Positions 46,430 to 57,058 of a stretch of DNA of 64,000 nucleotides are shown piece after piece; positions within the stretch are counted from its first letter, which is position 1, and each line of letters starts with the position of its first letter. A model generated the notes under the pieces. That model was not told where the DNA came from. It did no database searches and was given only the letters and a program-made list of their open reading frames with translations. The DNA is taken from positions 2,112,001 through 2,176,000 of the forward strand of contig OY762209.1 in NCBI GenBank assembly GCA_963665295.1, in the 5' to 3' direction. Made by a program: the position numbers and the translations under genes. This DNA comes from Syntrophorhabdaceae bacterium. Lineage in GTDB: Bacteria > Desulfobacterota > Syntrophorhabdia > Syntrophorhabdales > Syntrophorhabdaceae.

Positions 46430-46855
46430 TCATTTAAGGGATATCCCCGGTATTTCACAGGATAGGTGCATAAGAAAGGACGTGGCTTCCCCGAGGGCCA
46501 TGGCCCGCGCGTCCTCTTCAGGCCCATGAACCTTCACTATCAGCCTGAAGCGACTCGCCGGGTCGGGACTGTCCATATTCTCCACCACCGCGCTCAGGTT
46601 GATCGTGCCATGCTCCGGCGGCACGGCCCGGGCATAATCCGCGTACATGGTTCCATAGAGACCGCACCTCCTTTCTCCTACAGGGTAGTACCCGCGACTC
46701 CTGAACATCTGGTCCAGGTCGTCCAGCAGCTCGCGGGCAGGCCCGGACGTGCTTCCCTCAAGAGCCAGGTTGTGACAGGTGGAGCTGCATCCGGCCGAAA
46801 TGAGTAAGGCCGGGAGGGAAATGCATAGTATGACGACCATAATGACGCGCCCCAT
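46430..46855 (-). CDS. hypothetical lipoprotein
   Basis: GGGAGG RBS; hydrophobic signal ending SAGC. Confidence 0.55.
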   Translation of the reverse strand: MGRVIMVVILCISLPALLISAGCSSTCHNLALEGSTSGPARELLDDLDQMFRSRGYYPVGERRCGLYGTMYADYARAVPPEHGTINLSAVVENMDSPDPASRFRLIVKVHGPEEDARAMALGEATSFLMHLSCEIPGISLK

Positions 46856-47130
46856 AAGACCTCCCCTTCCCTCAATCCCCCCGGTTGAGGCCTCAAGGCT
46901 TCCCTCCCGCATGACCGGTCTCCCGACCTTATCATTCCGATCCATAATATGGGAGTGTATCACCGGACGGTCGCAAAATATGTCGTCGGACCGTGACACT
47001 CCTCGTGGCGGGATATTGAAATTGAGGGACTTCTCAATTAAGAAACGAACGACACGAATATCATTCTTTCACGACAGACGCGGCCCCACCCCTTCCGGTA
47101 TAATGGCAGTCAAAGACATTAAGGGTCAAG

Positions 47131-48156
47131 GTGGCTGAAATGGACAAACCGTTGGGGCGCATCCTGTGCGTAGACGATGAAATCAATGTTCTCAGGTCCC
47201 TGCAAAGGGTCTTCGAGGATACTCCCTATGAGGTCGATCTTGCGGGTTCGGGAAGGGAGGGGCTCCGCATAATGGAGGAGGCCCCGGTGTGTCTCGTTCT
47301 TGCGGACTACAGGATGCCGGAGATGAACGGGATCGAGTTCCTCCGGGAGGTGTATCGCCTGTGGCCCTCCACGACAAGGATGATTCTCTCGGGCTACGCC
47401 GATGCCCCTGTCCTTCTTTCCGCCATAAATGAAGGGCACGTGTACCGGTTTCTCACCAAGCCGTGGGACAACGATGAGCTTCGGTTCACCGTGGCGAACG
47501 CCATGGAACGATACGTGCTTACGGGAGACGAGGACAGGGCCGGGGATGGCGGGCATCAACCGGACCAAACCTTGGACAGGCTTAAGAAGGCTACCGGCGG
47601 GATCGTGCAGGCCATGGTGTATATCCTCGAACGAAGGGACCCTTACACTGCGGCCCATCAAAGGAAGGTTTCCGCCCTTGCCCGTTCCATTGCGTCCGAG
47701 ATGGGGGTATTACAGGAGGTTGTCGATGGGATCGCGATGGCCGGGGCGATACACGATATCGGGAAGATAGCCATCCCCGCGGAGATCCTCTGCAAGCCCG
47801 GGAAACTCAGCTCCGACGAGTCGAAACTGATCAGGATGCATCCCGAGGCCAGCTTCGATATACTGAAGAACATAGACTTTCCCGTGCCTGTTGCCCGGAT
47901 GGCCCTCCAGCACCATGAGCGCATGGACGGCTCCGGGTATCCCCATGCCCTGAAAGGGGACGGAATTCTCCCTGAAGCCAGGATCCTTGCAATTGCGGAC
48001 GTGGTGGAAGCCATTACGTCCCATCGACCTTACCGGCCCGCTCTCGGCATGGATCGGGCTATCGAGGAACTCACGCTGAACAAGGGCACCCTCTATGATG
48101 AGGAAGCGGCCGACGCGTGCCTCAAGCTGATCGCGAGGAGGGAACAGGTTTCATGA
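47131..48156 (+). CDS. REC-HD-GYP phosphodiesterase
   Basis: ILCVDD, DYRMP, KPW; RDPYTAAH, HDIGK, HHERMDGSGYP. Confidence 0.92.
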   Translation: MAEMDKPLGRILCVDDEINVLRSLQRVFEDTPYEVDLAGSGREGLRIMEEAPVCLVLADYRMPEMNGIEFLREVYRLWPSTTRMILSGYADAPVLLSAINEGHVYRFLTKPWDNDELRFTVANAMERYVLTGDEDRAGDGGHQPDQTLDRLKKATGGIVQAMVYILERRDPYTAAHQRKVSALARSIASEMGVLQEVVDGIAMAGAIHDIGKIAIPAEILCKPGKLSSDESKLIRMHPEASFDILKNIDFPVPVARMALQHHERMDGSGYPHALKGDGILPEARILAIADVVEAITSHRPYRPALGMDRAIEELTLNKGTLYDEEAADACLKLIARREQVS

Positions 48157-48231
48157 GGAGAACGGGCCGGGAAGGTCCGCGACCGATCAAGCCCGGCGCG
48201 ATTCCCGGGACGTGAATGAAGGGGCCGGATA

Positions 48232-48885
48232 TTAATCGGGAGACACGAGGCCCTTGTTTATGGCGAACTTGATGAGACCCGACAGGTCCTCGATCCCCAG
48301 TTTTCTCATGATGCGAAAACGGTAGGTCCCTACCGTGCTCTGGGAAAGAAAAAGGGTTTCGGCAATGGAGGTGTTCGACTTTCCTTCCGCGAGAAGCTGG
48401 AGGATTTCACGTTCCCTCCGGCTTAACCGGGCAAGTTCGTCGTGCTGTTCCCCTGTTTCACGGTATTTCATGTAATCGTCGATGACCATGGTGGAGATAC
48501 TCTCGCAAAGATAACGTTTTCCGCCGTGGACCGCTCTTATGGCCTTGATGATCTCTTCCCCCGTCATCTCTTTCAGCACGTAGCCCCTGGCCCCTGCCTT
48601 CAGCGCGCGGAATACATGTTCGTTTGTGGTATGCATGGAGAGGATGATCACTTTTGCCGAGGGGCATCGCTGTGAGAGTTCCCCGGTTGCCTCAAGGCCG
48701 TTCATTTCAGGCATAAAGACATCCATGAGCACCACGTCGGGTTGAAGCCTGACAACCTCTCTCACTGCGGCCCTTCCGTTCGACGCCTCGCCGATTACCT
48801 TGATGTCGGGTTTTGCCTCGATGAGGAGTTTGAGCCCCTCCCGGAACATGGTGTGGTCGTCTGCCAAAAAGACGGTGATGTTCAA
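48232..48885 (-). CDS. NarL/LuxR family response regulator
   Basis: LADDH, DVFMP, LSRREREILQLLAEG HTH; GGAGGTG then TTG overlapping the upstream TGA. Confidence 0.92.
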   Translation of the reverse strand: MNITVFLADDHTMFREGLKLLIEAKPDIKVIGEASNGRAAVREVVRLQPDVVLMDVFMPEMNGLEATGELSQRCPSAKVIILSMHTTNEHVFRALKAGARGYVLKEMTGEEIIKAIRAVHGGKRYLCESISTMVIDDYMKYRETGEQHDELARLSRREREILQLLAEGKSNTSIAETLFLSQSTVGTYRFRIMRKLGIEDLSGLIKFAINKGLVSPD

Positions 48886-50063
48886 ATCTGCACCTCCGCA
48901 ATAACCTCCGTTCCTGACCCCGGTTTCGATCGGGTGCGGCATTTCCCCCCGACGGCCACGGCCCGTTCGCTCATGGTGAGCAGTCCGAGACCACGGGGTG
49001 CCCGGGTGTCTGCTTCGTGCCCTGTCCTGTAACCTATACCATTGTCGGCGACGGAAAGGAAGAGCCTTCTTTCTTTGAGAGAAACCGTGATCACCACCTT
49101 TGTTGCCCGGGCGTGTTTTGACACGTTCGTGAGCGCTTCCAGGGCAATCCGGTAGAACGCGGTTTCGATATGATCCGGGGGGCGGGGGGTTATGTCGTCG
49201 CCCTCCACGAAGACATTGATCCCGGTCCTCAACGCATACTGTTGAGCATACCACTGGAGGGCCACCATGAGGCCGTAGTCTTCCAGCACGGGCGCCCGAA
49301 GGTCCGTGAGGAGATCCCGCATGGCCTTGGAAGTTTCCTTGATGATCTTCAGACAATCATCTATGTGGGCCCGCGCCGGGGGAACGCGCGTCTCCGGCAC
49401 CAGTTGCTTGACGATGTTGAGAATGAGGCCGACTGTGTTCAGGTTCTGTCCGATCCGGTCGTGGAGTTCCCGGGATATGGTACGCCTTTCCGTTTCTTCG
49501 GCTTCCGCGAGGCGCGCCATGACGGAACGGAACTCGTCGTTCACCTTTTCCAACTGTCCTGTTCTCTCCCTCACGATCTCTTCAAGGTGTGAAAGGTGGT
49601 CCTTAAGGGCCTGCTCCGCGAGGTTTTTCTGTTCCACCAGGTTGTAACGCTCAAGGGCGTTGGAGACGGTCACCCTCAGTTCGTCGTTGTTCCATGGTTT
49701 CAGGATGAACCGGTAGACCATGCCTTCGTTGATGGCGGAGATGAGAGCGGACGTGTCCGCGTGCCCTGAAAGGACCATCCTCACGGTATGGGGCCAGCCC
49801 AGAAAGACTTCCTTGAGAAATTCGACGCCATTCATGGACGGCATTTTGTAGTCCGTGATCACTACCTGGACAGGGGAGACGCGCCTTAAGATATCAAGGC
49901 CTTCAGGACCGGAACCGGCGGTAAGGATTTCATACTCCCGGTCTTCGAAAACCCTTGAAAGGGATTTGAGCACGTTTCGCTCGTCGTCCACGCAGAGAAT
50001 GCGTTGAGGGACCGCGTGAAGGGTGGTCCCGTTGAGCGGGGCGCCATGGTTTGTTTTTTTCAA
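48882..50063 (-). CDS. REC + HisKA_3 histidine kinase
   Basis: N-terminal receiver; ERRTISRELHD, EALTNVSKHA, DNGIG, GLGL. Confidence 0.92.
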   Translation of the reverse strand: MKKTNHGAPLNGTTLHAVPQRILCVDDERNVLKSLSRVFEDREYEILTAGSGPEGLDILRRVSPVQVVITDYKMPSMNGVEFLKEVFLGWPHTVRMVLSGHADTSALISAINEGMVYRFILKPWNNDELRVTVSNALERYNLVEQKNLAEQALKDHLSHLEEIVRERTGQLEKVNDEFRSVMARLAEAEETERRTISRELHDRIGQNLNTVGLILNIVKQLVPETRVPPARAHIDDCLKIIKETSKAMRDLLTDLRAPVLEDYGLMVALQWYAQQYALRTGINVFVEGDDITPRPPDHIETAFYRIALEALTNVSKHARATKVVITVSLKERRLFLSVADNGIGYRTGHEADTRAPRGLGLLTMSERAVAVGGKCRTRSKPGSGTEVIAEVQI

Positions 50064-52318
50064 GAGAGATCCTCCTCCGTGTTGTCCGGTAAGGGGATCC
50101 TCACGGTAAACGTGCTGCCCCCGCCGGCGTTGTTCTCCGCAGAGACATCACCGCCGTGCTTGCCGATGATATCGAGGACGATGCTCAGTCCCAGTCCTGT
50201 GCCCGTGCCCGCCGCCTTTGTGGTAAAAAAGGGCTCGAAGATCCTTTTGAGGGATTCTTCCGGAATACCCGGCCCTTCGTCCCGCACGGAAGCCCAGGCA
50301 AAGCCTCCGTCCTGCCATGTCCGGATTGTAATCTCACCGCCCTGTTCCATGGTCTGGGCGGCATTCATCAGGATGTTCATGAACACCTGGCTCAGTTGCC
50401 CGGGATCGCATACGATGGAAGGTATGACGGCGTATTGTTTGTTGACGGTCACCTTGTATTTCATCTGGTTCCAGACAATCCGGAGCGCCCCGTCAATACA
50501 CGCGTTCAGGTCCGCGGCCGTGTGCCGCCCGTCGTTGCGTGAAAAACCCTTGAGGTCCTGCACGATATGTTCGACCCTGGCCATGCCTTCAACGCATTCC
50601 CCGAGCAAGTCCTCCGAATCCTCAAGGATGCGGTCTATGTTCATATGGCGCCGCGCTTCTTCCACACGGGCCCGTACGCCGTTCCCGGAAGGGGCGTCGT
50701 CCAGTTCCTCGATTGCCTGTGACTGGGCGTCCACGAAGTCCCTGATCCTCCCGAGCCTTCCCCTGAGGGTGTCGAGATTGCTTTTGACGAACCCCGTGGG
50801 ATTGTTGATCTCATGGGCGACCCCGGCCGCCATCTGCCCGAGGAGGGCCATTTTTTCCTGCTTTACGATCCTGACTTCCGATGCCTTCAGTTCGGCATAC
50901 GCCTTCGTAAGCTCCTCGTGCTTGAGGGCAAGTTCTTCCTTGAGCCTGAGCGATTTCACGCCGATAGCGATGTCCCCCGCCACCTGGGTGAGAAAGGCGA
51001 CCTCCTCTTCCTGAAAGGCATGCTTTACCCCGGAGTACGCGGTAAGGTAGCTGAATACCTCCTCTTCGTGCATGAGAGGAAAGGACATCACGGAATGATA
51101 CCCTCTCTTGAGCGCCTCGTCCCGCCACGGGGCGAACATGGGGTCGGTTTCTATATCCTGGACGATGGACGGCTTTGCTGTTTTTACCGATGTGCCGGTG
51201 GGCCCCTTCCCGTATTCCGACGAATCCCATGCGATCTTCACGGAGGAGAGGTACCCGTCCTCGACGCCCGCCCACGCCACGGGCAACACGTAAGGACTTC
51301 CCTGCCGGGCGGAGCCGGCCCATACGAACCGGATGAAACCGACTTCGGCGAGGAGGTCGCAGGCGCTCCGGAGAAGCTCCTTTTCGGTTTCGACCTTGAG
51401 CAGCGATTCAGTGATGTTCTTGACCGCGTAAAGCGCCCTGTCCAGCTTTTCCATCCGTTCCTCGTTGCGTCTCCGGAGGGTGATATCTTCGTAGGTGATG
51501 ACAACCCCTTTGTCTTTGAGGCTGGTGCCGATCCGGGCGCCGCTTGCTCGCAGCAGCAGGTCTCTGCCGTCTTTGTGCCGGAACCGGTGTTCTTCGGACA
51601 AGGTCTTTCTTTTCTCCAACTCGTGGTAAAAATGATTGCCTGTTTCCTCGTATTCCTCATTCGACCGGAAAAGGACCCTCGTTCCCCGGCCGATAAGGTC
51701 TTCCGGCTTCCATCCGAATACCGCTTCCACTGCGTCGTTGGCGAATATGACCGTGCCTTCCTTAAGGCCGAGCACCGCATGGGGAATGGCGCGCAATATG
51801 GACGATCGGACTTCCTCCGCCCGCCTCCGGCCGGTGATCTCCACGCGCAACTCCCTGTTCTTCAGCGCCAGTTCGGCGGTCCTCTCCTTTACCCGCTGTT
51901 TCAGTTCGTTACGGGCTTCGAGAAGGACTTCCTCCATCCGTTTGCGCTCCGTAATGTCGCTGCCGACGCAAAGGATTTCGACGGTCCGCCCTTCTTCATC
52001 CCGGACGGGTTTGTTCGTCCACAGGACCCACACGCGCTCCCCCGTGCGTCGCACGTTTTCGTTTTCGTTTCTCACATAGCGGTCCGGATTCCTTCCTATG
52101 GACCTGATCATGGCGGCCAGCCTTTTGCCGGCCCTGTCGGTAACGGGTACGATGGTGCCCACCACGTTCTTTCCGAGAAGCTCGTCTTTTCCGAAGAGAA
52201 AGAAACCCTCGGCGAAGTCGTTCACAAAGGTGATATTCCCCTCGGTGTCCATGCGAAGGACGATGTTGTTCGCCTTTTCCAATAGGTCCATTTGGCTCGT
52301 CACAGAATCAGCCCGCAC
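50060..52318 (-). CDS. PAS-PAS-GAF histidine kinase
   Basis: Two PAS domains ending DIT, GAF (GPTG, DPMFAPWR), AHEINNP, NILMNA, FFTTK, GTGLGL. Confidence 0.93.
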   Translation of the reverse strand: MRADSVTSQMDLLEKANNIVLRMDTEGNITFVNDFAEGFFLFGKDELLGKNVVGTIVPVTDRAGKRLAAMIRSIGRNPDRYVRNENENVRRTGERVWVLWTNKPVRDEEGRTVEILCVGSDITERKRMEEVLLEARNELKQRVKERTAELALKNRELRVEITGRRRAEEVRSSILRAIPHAVLGLKEGTVIFANDAVEAVFGWKPEDLIGRGTRVLFRSNEEYEETGNHFYHELEKRKTLSEEHRFRHKDGRDLLLRASGARIGTSLKDKGVVITYEDITLRRRNEERMEKLDRALYAVKNITESLLKVETEKELLRSACDLLAEVGFIRFVWAGSARQGSPYVLPVAWAGVEDGYLSSVKIAWDSSEYGKGPTGTSVKTAKPSIVQDIETDPMFAPWRDEALKRGYHSVMSFPLMHEEEVFSYLTAYSGVKHAFQEEEVAFLTQVAGDIAIGVKSLRLKEELALKHEELTKAYAELKASEVRIVKQEKMALLGQMAAGVAHEINNPTGFVKSNLDTLRGRLGRIRDFVDAQSQAIEELDDAPSGNGVRARVEEARRHMNIDRILEDSEDLLGECVEGMARVEHIVQDLKGFSRNDGRHTAADLNACIDGALRIVWNQMKYKVTVNKQYAVIPSIVCDPGQLSQVFMNILMNAAQTMEQGGEITIRTWQDGGFAWASVRDEGPGIPEESLKRIFEPFFTTKAAGTGTGLGLSIVLDIIGKHGGDVSAENNAGGGSTFTVRIPLPDNTEEDLS

Positions 52319-52502
52319 CCTTCCCGTTTTCGGTAAGTCCTTGAAAAGAAAATTCTAATCTTATGAAACGGGAAAAACAATCTTTTTCTCCCCTTCCCGG
52401 ATTTTCAATAAATCTGGGGCTGATAATAAACATTCCACGACAGAAAAGGCGCCGGAAAAAGACGTATAAAGAATGCTGTTGACCAATGAGGAGGTGATGC
52501 AC

Positions 52503-53309
52503 ATGTTCAGATACCCCCACGACGTGGCCGTTGCCCCGGACGGGTTCTATTACGTGGCGGACACATTCAACCACCGCATCCAGAAATTCGACGGCGACGG
52601 CGGCCTTCTCGCCAGGTGGGGCGGGCCGGGCAAGGATGACGAGTTATTCGACACCCCTTCAGGCATCGCGGTGGGACCCGGCGGCTCGGTGTATGTGGCG
52701 GATACCTTCAATCACCGCATCCAGAAATTTGACATGAACGGCAATTTCCTCGCCGGGTGGGGCAGTCTGGGCAGGGGTGAGGGGAGATTCGAATACCTTC
52801 ACGGCATCGCGGTGGGCCCCGACGGCTCGGTGTATGTGGCGGATACCTTCAACCATCGCATCCAGAAATTCGATATGAACGGCAAATTTCTTGGAACATG
52901 GGGAAAAGGGGGCGGAGGCAAGGGCGAATTCACCCTCCCCGCCGGCGTGACCGTGGACCCCGGCGGGTCCGTCTATGTAACCGACACCGAAAGCCACCGC
53001 ATCCAGAAATTCGATATGAACGGGGTCTTTCTTGCAAAATGGGGCAGCCGGGGAAAGGGAGAGAACCAGTTCGAGTCCCCTTACGGCATCGCGGCCGCCC
53101 CCGACGGCTCCGTGTATGTAGCCGATACCTATAACCACCGCATCCAGAAATTCGACACGAAGGGCCGTTTCATCACCTCGTCAGGTTGCGGCGAAGATGG
53201 CAAAAGCCGGTACGATTTTCCCTCGGGCATCGCGGTGGCCCCTGACGGTTCGGTGTACGTGGCGGACACGTTCCACCACCGCATCCACAAAGCCGCCCTC
53301 CCGGAATAG
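52503..53309 (+). CDS. NHL-repeat six-bladed beta-propeller protein
   Basis: Six repeats of P.GIAV.PDG.VYVADT.NHRIQKF at about 141-nt period; GAGGAGGTG RBS. Confidence 0.92.
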   Translation: MFRYPHDVAVAPDGFYYVADTFNHRIQKFDGDGGLLARWGGPGKDDELFDTPSGIAVGPGGSVYVADTFNHRIQKFDMNGNFLAGWGSLGRGEGRFEYLHGIAVGPDGSVYVADTFNHRIQKFDMNGKFLGTWGKGGGGKGEFTLPAGVTVDPGGSVYVTDTESHRIQKFDMNGVFLAKWGSRGKGENQFESPYGIAAAPDGSVYVADTYNHRIQKFDTKGRFITSSGCGEDGKSRYDFPSGIAVAPDGSVYVADTFHHRIHKAALPE

Positions 53310-53600
53310 GGAAGGGCCGTTTAATCTCAACTATTCTCAGCGGCCGGATCCGGTCCTCCCCTCCGGCCGCCCCGCCCCTTAAGAAAGACCGGTCGATCCG
53401 CGCGCCATCCCCGAAAGAGGCCGTGGTGAAAGACAAATAACTTGCCTGATCCGCAAAGAATCGTGGTAGTATGTTGCTGTTTGACAGCCCTGGAGGCGCG
53501 TCTTGAGGCTTGTCCCCGGGGCGGGTTCGTGCAGCCGCCGGCCTTTGAGGCGCCGCGGCCTTCCGCAGGTTGTTCATTTTTTACAAACGGGAGAATTATT

Positions 53601-54869
53601 TTGGCGAAGGATTACGACGGGAAAAAGGCCGTATCGTGGGCCATGTACGACTGGGCGAACTCTGCCTATGCGACGACTGTCATGGCGGGGTTCTTCCCCA
53701 TCTTTTTCAAACAGTATTGGAGTACGGGAATAGATGCCCACGTGAGCACCTTCCATCTCGGCTCGGCCAATTCGGTGGCGAGCATCACCGTCGCCCTTCT
53801 TGCCCCCGTGCTCGGGTTTGTGGCCGACCGTGGGGGCGTCAAGAAGAAGTTCCTTTTTTTCTTTCTCATGCTGGGTGTCATCTTTACGGGCTCCCTCAGC
53901 TTTGTGGGTAAGGGAGAGTGGGGCATCGCCTCGGTCTGTTACGCCCTTGCCACTATCGGTTTTGCGGGGGGTAACGTGTTCTACGACTCCCTCATTGTGG
54001 GTGTTGCGAGGAAGGAAAAGATGGATTTCGTGTCCGCCCTGGGCTATTCCCTGGGATACCTCGGTGGCGGCGTGCTTTTCGGACTGAACGTGTGGATGAC
54101 CCTCGACCCGGGAAGGTTCGGACTGGTGGGCGCGACAGAGGCCGTAAAGGCGTCCTTTCTCATTGTTGCCGCCTGGTGGGCGCTTTTCTCCCTGCCGTTG
54201 TTTCTCTTCGTTCCGGAGCCCGTGGGCGAGGGAGGAAGCGGGGGGTTCAAAGCCGTCAAGGCGGGATTCACCCAGTTGGGCTCGGCCTTTCAGGAGATTC
54301 GGAAGGTGCGGGTCGCCTTCCTTTTTCTTATAGGGTATTGGCTCTATATCGACGGGGTGGACACGGTGGTGCTCATGGCGGTCGACTACGGCATGTCCCT
54401 GGGATTTGAATCGAGCACCCTTATCATGGCCCTCCTCATCACGCAGTTCGTCGGTTTCCCCGCCGCCATAGCCTTCGGCAAGATAGGGGAGAAGATGGGC
54501 ACGAAGACGGGCATCTTCATAGGACTTGCCGTGTATGTGCTCGTCACGATCTGGGGATTCTTCATGGAGCATGAGCGGGAGTTCTATATCCTCGCGGTGG
54601 CCATAGGCCTGGTCCAGGGCGGGGTCCAGTCCCTGAGCAGGTCGTTTTACGCAAAACTCATCCCGAAAGAGAGCGCCGCCGAGTTTTTCGGTTTCTACAA
54701 TATGCTCGGAAAGTTCGCGGCGGTTATCGGTCCTTTCCTGATGGGCTGGGTGAGCGTGGCGACAGGGAATGCGCGATATTCCATACTGGCGATAGTAGTC
54801 CTTTTTATCGCAGGCGGGGCAGTGCTCTACACGGTGCCGGCCAGGAGAAACGGCGAACAATCCGGCTAG
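53601..54869 (+). CDS. MFS transporter (Atg22/UMF1-like)
   Basis: WAMYDWANSAY, NVFYDSL, GGVQSLSRS, EFFGFY; about 12 TM segments. Confidence 0.88.
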   Translation: MAKDYDGKKAVSWAMYDWANSAYATTVMAGFFPIFFKQYWSTGIDAHVSTFHLGSANSVASITVALLAPVLGFVADRGGVKKKFLFFFLMLGVIFTGSLSFVGKGEWGIASVCYALATIGFAGGNVFYDSLIVGVARKEKMDFVSALGYSLGYLGGGVLFGLNVWMTLDPGRFGLVGATEAVKASFLIVAAWWALFSLPLFLFVPEPVGEGGSGGFKAVKAGFTQLGSAFQEIRKVRVAFLFLIGYWLYIDGVDTVVLMAVDYGMSLGFESSTLIMALLITQFVGFPAAIAFGKIGEKMGTKTGIFIGLAVYVLVTIWGFFMEHEREFYILAVAIGLVQGGVQSLSRSFYAKLIPKESAAEFFGFYNMLGKFAAVIGPFLMGWVSVATGNARYSILAIVVLFIAGGAVLYTVPARRNGEQSG

Positions 54870-57058
54870 AGCATATCCTTGAGCCTCATATAGTCGATTT
54901 TTCCCGTGCCGAGCTTGGGCAGGTCTTTTATAAAGCGGATATCCCTTGGGACCGCGAGGTCCGAGAATCCTTTCCCTTTCAGTGTCTCACGGACGGCCTT
55001 CATTTCTCCCTGAGGGCTGTTCGTTGCAATGATCAGCCGCTCTCCCTTGTGCTCGTCCGCGATGGCGAGGACCACAATGTCCTTCCTTTCGCCGAACAGT
55101 CCGTGGAGGGATTCTTCTACGGCAGTGAGGGATATCATCTCCCCGCTGATCTTCGCGAACCGTTTCAGCCTGCCCACTATTTTCAGGAACCCCTTTTCGG
55201 TAAACTCGACCATGTCGCCCGTATCGTACCAGCCTTCATCTTCGACGAGGTACTTCCGGTTGGCCGCCTCGTTCTTGAGGTAACCCTTCATCACGTTCTT
55301 GCCCCGAACGAAGAGCTTGCCCACGGTCCCGTCCTTGTCGTCTATGCCCGCCACGGCAACGAGTTTGTATTCCATTCCGGGCAGGACCTTCCCCACGGTC
55401 CCGTATTCGTGTTCGAGGGCGCTCGCGATACTCACGATGGGCGAGCATTCGGTGGCCCCGTAGCCCGACATGACACGAATCCCGTAGACTCTCGCGTACC
55501 GGTCGAAAACGGCTTCACTCAGGGGTTCCGCACCTGAGAAGATGTAGCGCATGGAGTAGAAGTCATAGGGGTTCGCACGCTTGCTGTAGCCGTTAAGGAA
55601 CGTGTTGGTCCCCATGAGGATTGTGCAGTTTTCCTGATAGGCGATCTCAGGGATGATGCGATAGTGAAGGGGGTTGACGTAAAGAAAGGCCTTCGCCCCG
55701 GCGAACATGGGAATGATTATCCCCACCGTGAGACCGAAGCTGTGAAAGATGGGAAGGGCATTGAGGATATAGTCGTTTTCCCTCACGTCTATCCTTGAGA
55801 GGGCCTGGTGAACGTTGGTGATGATGTTCTCATGGGAAAGGCAGACGCCCTTGGGCACGCCTTCGGACCCGGACGTAAAGAGAATGCACGCAGTCTCCTT
55901 ATGCTCGCCGGGCTCCATCCGGGCGTGGCCGCCGGGGAAAAGGGACCTCAAGACCCCCCGGACCTTCGCCCCCGGGCCGATCTCCTTCTGCAGGTCTTCG
56001 AGATATACGACGCGCCGTCCCGCAAATACGGAATCGGAGAGCTTTATCCTTTGAAGAAACTGCCTGGAGCTGACTATGGTATTCAGATCGGCAAGGTCCA
56101 TGGCATGGGCAAGGGCACCGGGGCCGCTCGCGTAGTTGAGCATTGCGGGGGTTTTGCGGTAAACCTGGAGTCCCATGAGGATCAAGGCGGTGACGGTGAG
56201 GTTGGGGAGCATGATGCCTACGTTCTTGTCTCCCCATCGGGACAAATACCGGCCCAGCACGAAGGCACCTTTAAGGGCTTTGCCGTAGCTCACCGCTTTT
56301 CCCGTGGAGTCCTTGAAGAGGATCTTCCTGCGGTGTTCTTTGCACAGCCTCAGGAAGCTGCTTCCCAGGGTGGCAGGTTTGTCGTGGGCTTCCACATACA
56401 TCTCGGAAAGCATCCGGTAGATCTTCCGCGTCGCCTCCTCCTTGCGGGCCCGGGCCGGCAGATGGTCGAGGTTGATCGGCTCCCGGACTTTGCCGATGGT
56501 CATGGTAACGGGGGCAAAGAGACGCCTGCCGGGATGCCTTGGCGCCGCCCGTGTGGCGTACACGTTTCCGAGGTGTATGGGGAGTATGGGGGCCCCGGTC
56601 CTCAGAGCGGCGAACCCCGTACCCTCGTATATCTTCATGAGGCTGCCGGTGCGGGTCATGCGGCCTTCGGGAAAGATGAGGAGAGGCGTGCCCTCCCTCA
56701 CCTTGCGGATTACCTCCTTCAGTGAATAGGGGCTCATGGAGTCGATTTGAACGGTGTACCTGTTCTGCATGAAGGGCCGGTAGGCGAACTTCCGGGCGAC
56801 CGTCCGGTCCACAATGATCTTGAAGGGCAGCTTGAGGTAGGTCCAGATAAGGAGGCCGTCGATAAGGGAAGCATGGTTGGCTATGACGATGAGTCTGTCG
56901 AATGCCCGGGGGACGTTTTCCATACCCTCCACCCTGATCCGATGGACCAGGCGGAAGTAGAGCTTGAAAAGCATCCTTGCCCCTTCCCGGAAGAGGCTGA
57001 AGGCAAAAGAGTCGGCCGGGCCTTTCGCGGGACCCGGGGGTTCGTTACCGCCCTTCAT
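54866..57058 (-). CDS. aas: Aas-like acyltransferase / acyl-ACP synthetase
   Basis: PlsC motifs NHASLID and FPEGR; AMP-binding FTSGSEGVPKG, GYGATE, YDTGD, KLGTGK. Confidence 0.88.
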   Translation of the reverse strand: MKGGNEPPGPAKGPADSFAFSLFREGARMLFKLYFRLVHRIRVEGMENVPRAFDRLIVIANHASLIDGLLIWTYLKLPFKIIVDRTVARKFAYRPFMQNRYTVQIDSMSPYSLKEVIRKVREGTPLLIFPEGRMTRTGSLMKIYEGTGFAALRTGAPILPIHLGNVYATRAAPRHPGRRLFAPVTMTIGKVREPINLDHLPARARKEEATRKIYRMLSEMYVEAHDKPATLGSSFLRLCKEHRRKILFKDSTGKAVSYGKALKGAFVLGRYLSRWGDKNVGIMLPNLTVTALILMGLQVYRKTPAMLNYASGPGALAHAMDLADLNTIVSSRQFLQRIKLSDSVFAGRRVVYLEDLQKEIGPGAKVRGVLRSLFPGGHARMEPGEHKETACILFTSGSEGVPKGVCLSHENIITNVHQALSRIDVRENDYILNALPIFHSFGLTVGIIIPMFAGAKAFLYVNPLHYRIIPEIAYQENCTILMGTNTFLNGYSKRANPYDFYSMRYIFSGAEPLSEAVFDRYARVYGIRVMSGYGATECSPIVSIASALEHEYGTVGKVLPGMEYKLVAVAGIDDKDGTVGKLFVRGKNVMKGYLKNEAANRKYLVEDEGWYDTGDMVEFTEKGFLKIVGRLKRFAKISGEMISLTAVEESLHGLFGERKDIVVLAIADEHKGERLIIATNSPQGEMKAVRETLKGKGFSDLAVPRDIRFIKDLPKLGTGKIDYMRLKDML

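Noticed and set aside
49392..49402. CTCCGGCACCA matching the tRNA-Leu 3' end as an att site
   Set aside because: Only 11 nt, inside an intact kinase gene and upstream of the tRNA
52530..53290. CRISPR array or DGR suggested by periodic repeats (also the TPR repeats)
   Set aside because: Repeats are in-frame protein repeats without unique spacers; no cas or reverse transcriptase gene in the window
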